From: Priapulus caudatus
Taxonomy: Eukaryota
DNA length: 39,409 nucleotides
Direction: 5' to 3'
Assembly (NCBI RefSeq): GCF_000485595.1
Contig: NW_014577062.1
Coordinates: 577,512 to 616,920 of the forward strand
The notes under the pieces are model-generated. The model saw only the letters and a program-made list of their open reading frames with translations, was not told where the DNA came from and did no database searches. Positions 1-10,800 of the stretch are shown here, in pieces; position 1 is the stretch's first letter, and each line of letters opens with the position of its first letter. A program made the translations under genes and the position numbers.

Positions 1-1439
1 CGCACCTCCGTTCGAGGTGGATAACATGCCAGTGATGCCGCAGATCTACTGCACATGTGCGTTGTCCGTTTCATATAGAACGCGCGTCCATCGCACCTAG
101 GATACGCAGATAATCGCGTACACCGTGGACGCATGATATTTTCGCACTATGGTCTTTCAGAATGTGTTCATCATGAGAGTGTTGCTCGTGCTCCGCAACA
201 TAGCTAATCTAACACAAACTGTCATGAATGCTCTACGTGGATGCGAATTCCGCGGAAACGTGCAAATAGTGCTTCTCGATGAGTCTTGTCGGCTACCGAC
301 GTGTACGCGAACACGCTCACGAGCTTGGTAGGTTGGTACCTGTCAACGTGATCTAGTGCACAATATGATTCGATAATTCCCAATGCGATATGATTCCACC
401 GGTATGGCTAATTTTCGTGATAGTAGTACACCTTCAATTGATGTATGTTAGTCACTACAGAGAATCTGGTGACAAACGAGGTCACGACACGATATCGGGA
501 AGCTCTATTCGGGCGTGTTTGTGATGGCGTGGCTTACTTTGAACTGTCACAGCGCTCCTATTGGACACCCGAATCTGTGGAGATACGGGCAGGGAAGCGC
601 TTACCAAAAACAATGACTTACTCACCACCGCCGCAATTTAATTTCAATGATTTCCATTGAAAACCTCTAGACGATTATTTTCTTTTTTAACAAATTTTTG
701 AGATTATTCACAGCGTGCATTTTGTGACCGCTCGATCGAAGTTAACTTACACAGAAAAGCGTTTTACATAGTCAACGAAATTATTTTGGAGAATCTTGTT
801 TCGGTCAATCACTATTCAAAATTATTTCAAAATATAACTAAAGACACCAAAGGTATTGCATGTTGACAAACATGAGAATGCATTAATTGTTCACGCCCGG
901 GTACAATATTGGTATTTCTCATGGACTTGGCAACATGCCAAGTGTTGCCGCTGCATAGTAATTGTCTCAGGGTTGATATGCATGGATGTTGCGTTGAGAG
1001 AAAGCTTACTTGGAAGACGATTAGAACGAAACTCGTAATACCCTTAAAGGCCCATAAATTACAATTAATTTGTTCCGATAATACTACGAATGAGGGTTAT
1101 TCAATAGTGTTTTATTGTTAGTTGATTAAAATTATTATACCTGTAATGGTTTGAATTAGTAATGGTTGGGTTGTACATGAAGTTTAATCCGTCTAACCGT
1201 TTTCCGAGGGCAAACAATATAAAAACGCCTATTGGGGAAAGAATTAAACCCTCCGGTTTTCGCATTCAGTGTGTAATTGGCAAGTAGCATCGTAGGAATA
1301 CTTGTTATATTTGACCCATTATTGTTTTACAATGCAACGCCACGTAAACCTCAAGCAATCCATGCAACCACCCGTGTGACAATGTATTTAAACCGGCGCC
1401 TTGTTTTCTTTCTTTCTTTTCATTTTCCTTGCCAAACAG

Positions 1440-1556
1440 CAGTCAGACAAGGAGAGCAATGGCACATACAAGGATGTGCTGCGATTTTTGAATATAACCT
1501 TCACCTCACTGTTTACGGTGGAGTGTATACTGAAGATGATAGCGTTTGGAGTGAGG
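1440..1556 (+). CDS. cac: Cav2 exon: IVS1-S2 loop + IVS2, variant A1 ([39 protein letters not shown])
   Basis: Long polypyrimidine tract + AAACAG acceptor (NAGNAG alternative start at 1443), GTAAGA donor, 117 nt, phase 0/0, FTxxFxxECxLK S2 motif. Confidence 0.93.
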
Positions 1557-3565
1557 GTAAGAGTACCTGCCTGCGAGAGAGAGGACGAAACGCCGCGGAT
1601 CGCTGCGCTGTGCTGTAGTGAGGATGATTGTACCTCGCTTCGCTAATGGCGACGTCTGGCAGAGGTTTAAGCACCCTCGTGACTCCCCAATCTCATTCTG
1701 CCAATGACCATACGCAGCAGCAGAACCGCAGGGGACGTCCAACTGGGCATGTGCGAACAAAGATCGTTGGTGCAGGATCGCTGAGCTTCCGCTTGCTGGC
1801 TACCAACGGCCCAGTTGTCTATTTCCATTTCCATTTCTGCAGTGGTCTCAACGCTAGTGCCACTATTTAACGAGCCTTTGAATAAAAGTTGCTGAAAAGT
1901 CGTCGATTTGTGCCGTATACTGCGCAGATACCACGTGGGGTGTTGGCGTGCCCCTGTCGGTAGGTGTCACTGCGTTCTGCTGTTGCTAGTTATTGGCCGG
2001 CTGTGTATGAATGAGCACAGTGCAGTGGTGACCCATGGTGTTGTCATTAACCTCTTCTGCGGGACGTGTCACTCCCGTTTCAGCTCCTTGCACTAGTGTG
2101 TAAGCCACATCCTGTTGGAAGCTGGTCGCTCTAATCGATATGAGCTATGTCAAATAATTATCGCAATGTAGAAATTCTACGTAAATCGTTATTCAGTACG
2201 CAACGAGCAAACACGATTTCGCGCTCTCTTTAGCGACCAGCTCGCATCAGTCAAACTCCGTCCTGGGCCCACGAAATGTAGGTTGGTGTATGTGTGACGA
2301 TATTTTGTAGGCTGTGAACTGTCTGCCACTCTTGTCAGGCTGGCGCTCTAGTCTGTTTTCCTCGAGAGTCTTGATGTGTGGGACTGGGACGGAGACTTGG
2401 CCATGGCTAAGCAACTGGCTCACTGAACCAGCATCGTCGCAAATTTGCCTGCTTCCGACTAATAAACTGCATGATGCGACAGAAAGAATCATTTTGGATT
2501 CTAATTCGTGATCGAGGGAGCGATGCCCTCGTTGGCGGCCATTTTTTAAATGTATGGCGTTTTTAGCCGTAATGTGCCAGTTGCTTTGCTGTCCCATAGT
2601 CGGTTCTTGTTAGCACATTATTTATGTTTATGTTAATTTTCTCTCTTGTTTGCTTTTTTTCTTGCTATTGATTTGCATCCACTGGTGCCCTCTACAAACA
2701 GCCGCTTGATGAAGATACTCCCCTGATAATACTGACAGTTTTACACTACGCCAACATGGCTTTCACGATCCTTTTCTCCATCGAATGCGTTTTGAAGCTC
2801 ACAGCTTACGGACCCAAGGTTAGACCTTCTCGTTATCTGGACAGGAGGTCTGAAAGGCAAATTTCATATGCGTCCAGACGCTATAGTATAAGGCTGAACA
2901 GAGGGAAGACAAAATCGAGTTCATAAATTATTTCGCAAACTTACCGAAGGATCTCGCTGCAACTGGCCATGCTGATGTTTCTGCTCGGCAGCCTCCATAG
3001 AAGAACGTCTGTTGCAAGAAGTGGGTGGGCATATCGGATTCTCTCAGCAGGGCGGCATTCCTTTCAGACCTCCTGTTTCTAAATTCAATGGTTGACTTCG
3101 TACGTTCATGTCGCGCTGCAGTGAATCAGCCTGCGTGCACCCATTCAGCACATGTGCACGCACCTTTACTCTGTCAAGTAACCGTCTGTCTCAGTCTTCT
3201 CACTAACTCACTCAGTAAGATAATATATGCACGCGTGATAGCATGATGGATCTTTATCGAATCTGCCATGAACGAACATACTCAGTAAGCTAGGCAACAC
3301 TTAGCAGTTTGCACAATACGTAAATTCGTGTGTAGCATAGCTACACTTACAAACACGAGTAGTAGTAGTTGTTGTTGTTTTGTTGTAGGTGATTTTGAAA
3401 TATTAACACATCATCATAATCGTTATTAGAAATTGTGTGTGAACGGTAATGAATAATAAAAAGCATTGCTAATACACATTCAAAATTCGCGTGATACAAC
3501 TTGTAGCCGAAAGTAGTAGATTCTAAGAAACCCAACGTATATCACACACGCGCGCACGCGCGCAC

Positions 3566-3655
<90 letters not shown>

Positions 3656-6600
3656 TATATATATATATATATATATACATATATAACATAATTATATCAT
3701 ATTAGACAAACATAAATGTAACATTAATTTAACTACATGTATATTTGAGATTCTTCATATCAACGAGCATGTTCAATCACGATTGGATTCCAAGTGAGCC
3801 AGGCACTTGGATTCAATTTCAAACGGCCGTGTGATTGGATATAGGTAAATTTGTAGAGGAACCGAGTTGCTTCTCTGTAATGTACAAAGAACATGTAAAC
3901 TGTTCCGTTGTGGTTTTCCAGATAGATCAGGTTAGTTATAGATTTTCCAGACAGATAAGGTGCTGCACAGTCTGAATGGGGACAGTGTTGGGCTGTGTCT
4001 GGTCTCAGCTATCATTTTACTTTACTTTTATTCGTTATATATATATGTTGTCGCAACGCCAGTGCTTACAACGCGACCACCTGTGTGAGCATATCTACAT
4101 ACTCCGTTTCTTCGAGTCGCTACTATTGTTTCCCGTAGGAACCGTCTTCCACCTCGTCATATAAAGTATATATTCCTATAGTTGACTGTCACACATGCTG
4201 AACCATCCGGATGAATAATTGCTATCGTTATGATTTTCTTTGAAGCTAGACCAGTACAGCTCCACACTGAAGCAGATCAAATAATATTCCTATTATATAC
4301 CTCAGATCATCTGTTTAAGGGGGTTATTTCCTAGCATGGCGTCAACGTCATTTTGACTTCTGTTGCAGAACTTACCGTTTTTCAACGCAAGCTTTGCGCA
4401 CCTAGGTGTACCCAAACTCACAACCCTGTTATATGTGATTGCCTTGTTAAGTATTCTCACTATAGTTGCCTCACACGCCTCTTCCTATTACGTTTGCTAT
4501 TTTGGAATGGGTTTATTAAAAGGTATATAATAAAAATATTATTGGCCGACTGTCGGCCATGTTTGGGGCTTGAGTTTGCCTGGCTGCTGTAGTAACGTGT
4601 AGTTTGGTGTGGTACCTGTGCATGCTGCGAACGGCCGCATGTGTTATAACCATTTATAACAGAGTTTAGACAACATTTGCAATGATAATGCATTCTGTCT
4701 GCTTATCGTCAAGGATAGCGAAACTATTAGATGGATTTATGTGTTAATGAAGCTACTTAATGGGTTTACGTGCGTACTATAAACGTCTGTAGCCTACTGT
4801 TAAATGGAATATAATGCATAACAGAAATTAGCCCGTTCTATAGCTCCAATTTTTTGTGCATTTGAGCATAGTTATGTTAGAAGAATATATATCGACGAAT
4901 AAAGATTTTAACTGCGCCCTTTTTGTTCTTATAATAGCGTATAATTTATATACTTGACGATACATAGGCAAAGTACATTTAGCGACATTTTTCAAAATAC
5001 AAGTAAACGTTGTAAAATGTAATGTTTAACTCATTACTTGTCGATCAAGCGTCTCCTGTGAAAGTTGGAAAATGCAGCTTGTAAGAGCACATATTATTCC
5101 TGCCATATAATAAGTTTTCGACAATTAAAATGTTGCCAAACATTGGCCAGACCCAAAAAAATACCACAGGCCATAAGGCCACGGCCTGTACCGTAAGCAT
5201 GGCAACGGTCCCCGCATCTTTGTCAACTGGCAATCAGCTTGCGCAAAAATCCATAGAGTGTACATAATAACAATGGTGGTAATAATAATAATAATAGTAA
5301 CAACAATTTTTATATTACTCGGAGAGAATGCACATTTTTGATGAATAAGAATTATGATAGATATAAATTCACTCTTAGAGCCAACTCAAAGATTCTGGTA
5401 GGATGAAACATGTGTGAACTGCAATGCATTTAAAAGACTATGAAACCTTTCACAGGAGACGCAGATGTACGAATATCGTAATTTCTCTATAGCTCACCTT
5501 CTTGTGTTCGATTGCAATCGTTGGTCAGCGCATAGCCCGCGGTTTGTATGTAGTCGGAACTGACCGATCTAGATTTTTTTCGAGTAATGGTGATATGAGA
5601 GAATAGTGATAAAATAACTGTTAAATCTCATTCTATGATAACGAAATTTTCGTTATCCTATTGTGAGAGAGTTGTGTCTAGATCGAAATTAATTAAACGT
5701 TCTTTGTTCGTAAGGCTTGTGTATTTACTTGTGCCCTTTGCGTGAAACGACTACCGTGCATTGCTCCTGGTACGTCCTCCATTGATGTCTGATGTTTCTG
5801 TCGTGTAACCTCAGAATCGGGGGACGGGGTAATGCAGGGTAACCAACTGCTTGCGTAACGTGGTTCTTGTTGTTGTTTCCTAAACTATAGAACTACTTTA
5901 AGGATTTGTGGAATTCGTTTGACTTCTTCACTGTAATTGGCAGTATTGTAGATGCAGTCCTAGATCATTTCGAGGACCCTGCCAGAAAGGTAAACCCCAC
6001 GACTGTTGTGCTGGAAGATGTCGCCATCTACAAGCTGCCGTCTGCCTGCTGTGCTTAAACCTACTGGCTGCGTGTTCCTTTAGTTTCCCCCTTTGTTCTG
6101 CTTGTGGGTCAGGGCCACTGGCGATGACATTGCTCTCCCCGTCGAGTTTATTTGCTAGTCACACGTGCCTCTCGTACGTGTCGATCATTGTTGCGTCACA
6201 TGATCGAACAGTGACGTGTGTGTAACGCGAGCGTGATGTCATCGCACGGGGGCGCTGACGCATGCGTCACCAGGGGACAAAAAGGACTGCACGTGTATGC
6301 GCCCACCTATAGTTATTCGCCGGGAGGTAGCTGCTGGTGGCTTTTGCATTGCTGTTCACTCTGGTGTGTCTGTTTCTAGAACTACTACAGAGATTCATGG
6401 AACATCTTCGATTTCGTCATAGTGGTCGGGAGTATTGCCGATGTAGTGATAACCGAGTCACAGGTAGTGCGTATCACTTTCGGATTTGTGCACATGCCTT
6501 GGTAAGTGCATTGTGGCTTAAAAAGATCCTGCTATTGCCTGTGCAGGGGTGCTGCCGCTAGCCCACACGCGCCAAATAACCTTTTGTTGTTACAGACTTT

Positions 6601-7773
6601 CTCGGCTAAAACTTCGCCCATTCGTGTTTAGTAGCGCTAACGCGATGCGCCTTGCTTTTCGGTGTAGCAGATATTCTCTCGAAAAAAATGACTTCATGCT
6701 CAGACTTCTTATAGAAAGGACGTATCTTCGAGCACCCACTGTCGCGTGATCGTAGGTCTTTTAATGCCATAATGCAGTTTCTAGGGTATTTCCCTAAAGT
6801 TCGACTGGCGAATTTGTTGATACTAAGGTAACTGTCAACTGCCAGGTATCCCCGAAGCGCCGTCTATAAGTTGTCTGCCTGGTTACACGTCTCCTTTCTA
6901 GCTGAGGCCATCTGTATGTACTCCTCTCTCTTTAACGTGAGAAAGTGCGAGCGTGCGTACGCGCGTGTGTGTTGCATGCGTTTCCTCTGTGCACGTCTCT
7001 CTAGCCTGTTATTCTTTGTTCAAGCGCACTCCAAAATTGTGCAGGTCAGCCCGTTGTAGCGTTCTCTACATGGCTAACTGTCCTGTTTATTGTCACGATG
7101 CCACTCTGCTATCGTTTGAGCTGGACTGGAATCCCTCATTAAATATGTATATATACTCATTAGCTAAGAAAAAGAATGTTTGCTGTCTTTGTCCGTGTAG
7201 GTCGTTCGTACAGTCGTCAAACCTTACCGTCGCAATTGCAACAGTGTTATCAATACTTTTAGCTGTCCCGAAAATAAGAACAATTTCACAACGCAAAGGC
7301 ATAGATAGACGTGAAATCTACTCTATACACGGTCAGTAACTAAAGTGAATCAGTCCGATGGAACGTTGGTTTATTCTGCCGCCAATGTTGCTCATATAGA
7401 ACAGGTTATCTCGAGGAAATGCTTGTAACGGGCTGTATGCGTGAACGCTCCCGCATCGTAAACAGCTAGAGTTATACCCTACCAACCGATGCATATATAT
7501 ATTTATATCTACATAGAGCCGTAGCTGTGTCTGTGTTAGCGAGAGCGCACCTGTCCGCATGCAGGCTGTAGAGAAAACAGATAATTGCTCTTAGTGCTAC
7601 GCGCAGCTTAGAGCTTCAGCAATGGCTTTACTGGGATCAGCCGACCTCGCTGCTTCCCCCTCTAGATCTGTTACGATGTAAATGCATCTTAGATATAGAG
7701 CTTATACGTCAATGAGCAGCCCCTTCGCGTCTTATTTCACGTGTATTGACCTCATCTAAACGCTGATGTCTAC

Positions 7774-7832
<59 letters not shown>

Positions 7833-10800
7833 CGTACGTGCGTGCATGCGGGTGTGCGTGTGCGTGCGTGCGTGCGTGTGTGTGTATATACATGCGCATA
7901 CGAAGTGTTTGATAAATGTTATTGTAGTCGTACTAATCACAAACGAAACCATGATTGGCGGGTGGGTCTACTTAAGAAGCACATACGGGAAGAAAATGAT
8001 GTTCATGCTTATACGTAGTTTATACTGATGTAGCCGCAATGATTTACTTGCGTATGACTCACATGGTCTAGGTGCATCGTTGCTATCAACCTATGCGTTT
8101 TGCGTCTAGTCGTACGTATTGTATATTCTGTAGGTGTTATTCTAACATGTGCTTCTGCCGTCTATACCCGTCTGTATACTGACTCTGCTTTGTACACGTG
8201 CGTGTGTTTGTGTGTGTTTCTATATACAACGCTCTAACTTCTCACGTATTTCTATACATGTCTAGCTGTTTCACCGCGTGTTTCATAACGAACTACTCGT
8301 TGCATTCTTGGGCCAAATTTTTATATGAATCAAAATTGTAAAAAGAAAAAAGCGTTACCTATATATCACAATATAAATAGTCTATATTAGCCATAGATAT
8401 GATAGAGTTCGAACAGACTATTACGTGTTAGGCGCACATAGGACTGTGTATATGCTTCTGTACTACCGTATGCTCTTGTACATGCCTGCTAGATGGCTCC
8501 GCGTGAAAAATGTGAGCAATATAAAGGCCACCAAACGTATCCCTGTTTTAATGCTTAAAGAATCACGGCGAGTTGCCCCTGATCAAATATAACGCCTTCC
8601 GAATATCTGGAGTGCTTCTTTGTCATCAATTGAATAATCAATAGACTCGAAATAATATCTGCGGTGCTGTGTGAGAGACGCACATAGGAGGAGGTATCTG
8701 TAGAGGACACATCGACGTCTACTGTTATCAGGTCACAGGGAGCCTTAAACACGCGCCGACATTGGCATGAATAGAAGCATATGGGCGTGCACGTGTATAC
8801 GAGTAGTAGTCATACATATACATCAGGAGTAGATAATAGGGAATTCCCTATTATCTACTCCTGATATACATGTATACAAGAGCTAATAATATTATCTAAA
8901 AGCTAAAAGCTAAGGTATTATTAGCTCTTGATGTATAGCACTTTAAACATTATGCACATATCAAGTAGTGAAAGCCGTTTTGTGCACTCGCTTGCTCACA
9001 CCGCCGTTTATTGGTGTGGCTAAGATAGCAATGATATCTCGCCCTCGGAGGTCAGTTTACTATGACTTTATGTATGTATTGGCAGAACAATTTCATCAAC
9101 ATTGGCTTCTTGCGGTTATTTCGAGCCGCTCGCCTCATCAAGTTGTTAAGGCAAGGTTACACGATCCGAATTTTGCTCTGGACCTTCATACAATCATTCA
9201 AGGTAAAGTCACTTCACTTCTATTGATTTCTTTTCTATTTGCTAGGAAGCTAATAAGTTTCCGTGTGTTGTGGTTTTTGTGTCGACTTATAAGTGAAGCT
9301 ATAATTGAGAAAATAATTGACAACAATATAGACCCGAAAGCAACAAAGAGAAGGCAACCCGATTCTTTCATCACATACACCAAAATACTGGGGCCCGTTT
9401 TCAGAAACATCGTAATGTTGAGACTAATGTTAAGACTAATTTTGTAATGACAACGGACCCCTAGAATCTAACTGCAAAAACAACTATTCGTTCAATTTCT
9501 TGATACCAGGTTTCCATCTCTATCGAGGTTTTATCGACAATTAAGATGATGTCGATATGTCACTCGAGGTTTGGTGTGTTCTGGATTAATAATCATGCTC
9601 TTAAACTTGAATGATACCAACGCTGCGCATAAGAGTGCTAATTAAGTTTCTTATATCCCGTAGGCGCTGCCGTACGTGTGTCTTCTCATCGGAATGCTGT
9701 TCTTCATCTACGCTGTCATCGGCATGCAGGTGCGTTACATGATCACCTGGTCACCTGGAACAGTCGTGACGCGACGCCTGGTGGCAACCTCACGCAGCTT
9801 CCATAGTCGGCACGATACCGTGTTTACGTCTTGTTTAGTCACTGATGTTTACTAGGCGGTTGAATGTATGCGCCAGTGTTTTGTCGGTGGGGTGTTACCT
9901 AAATATAATGCATACGCGCCACATGTAGGAAACGAAGGCGGAAAACCACGGAGCGGGCTAGCGAGATTGTTGTGCATTGCATTGCCCGTACATCCACGCA
10001 TGCCTGTTTCTGCTCAGCTGGTATCTGCAACGACAGAGCAGTTGAATTCTAAAGTTAACCCCAACTAATAACCTAAACATAACCACAAATATAACCCTCT
10101 CACTATCCCCACGTAGAATCTCGACGCGCTGCTAGTTATGCTGCTAGCTCAGTGTCTATGCGTAACTAACTTGCTAACATGCGTGTGCGTGTGCCTAGGT
10201 GTTCGGGAACATAAAGCTTGACCCTGACTCTGCGATTAACCGCCACAACAATTTTCAACTATTTCTCAGCGGACTGCTTCTCTTGTTCAGGTATGCGAGC
10301 TGTTACACATATTATGTGTTTCCTCTGCGGAACTAGGTCCGCGACGTACGACTGTTGCCATGCGAGATGTGGTTAACGTTAGACTAGAGAATGACGCGAC
10401 TGACGTTCACGCTAGATATTACCAGGAGTTTATAATAATAGATATTATATTATTATATCTATAATATTATTATTAGTTAATATTAACTTAATTAAATTAA
10501 TAATTAATTATTATTAATAATAATAATATATTATTATTATCTTTGATTATTATAACATCTATTATTATTCACTCCTGATATTACCTAATTACTAACAATC
10601 AACGCGCCTATTGCTAACATTATTAATTATGTATCTAACTATTTTAGCTGCCGGCGTTAAAGATATTTAAGTGCGATCCCACTTCACATATACAGCCTAC
10701 ACAAGCCTGATATTTTGATATCTGTATTGCTATAATATATTTTACTAGCTAATTTCTTTTAATTTTCCGCAAAATAAAAAGTATATTAAATTTTGCTTCA

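Noticed and set aside
6050..6105. Distant branch point enforcing B1/B2 exclusion sterically
   Set aside because: Several AG dinucleotides lie between this pyrimidine tract and the B2 acceptor, so there is no AG-exclusion zone.
1440..6463. Duplicated exons explained as an assembly or haplotype artefact
   Set aside because: The paired exons are highly diverged and their flanking introns are unrelated, unlike uncollapsed alleles.
6464..9085. Search for an NP/ET-like 6-nt microexon in the IVS3-S4 intron
   Set aside because: No convincing acceptor-microexon-donor unit was found by eye. It cannot be excluded without RNA-seq.
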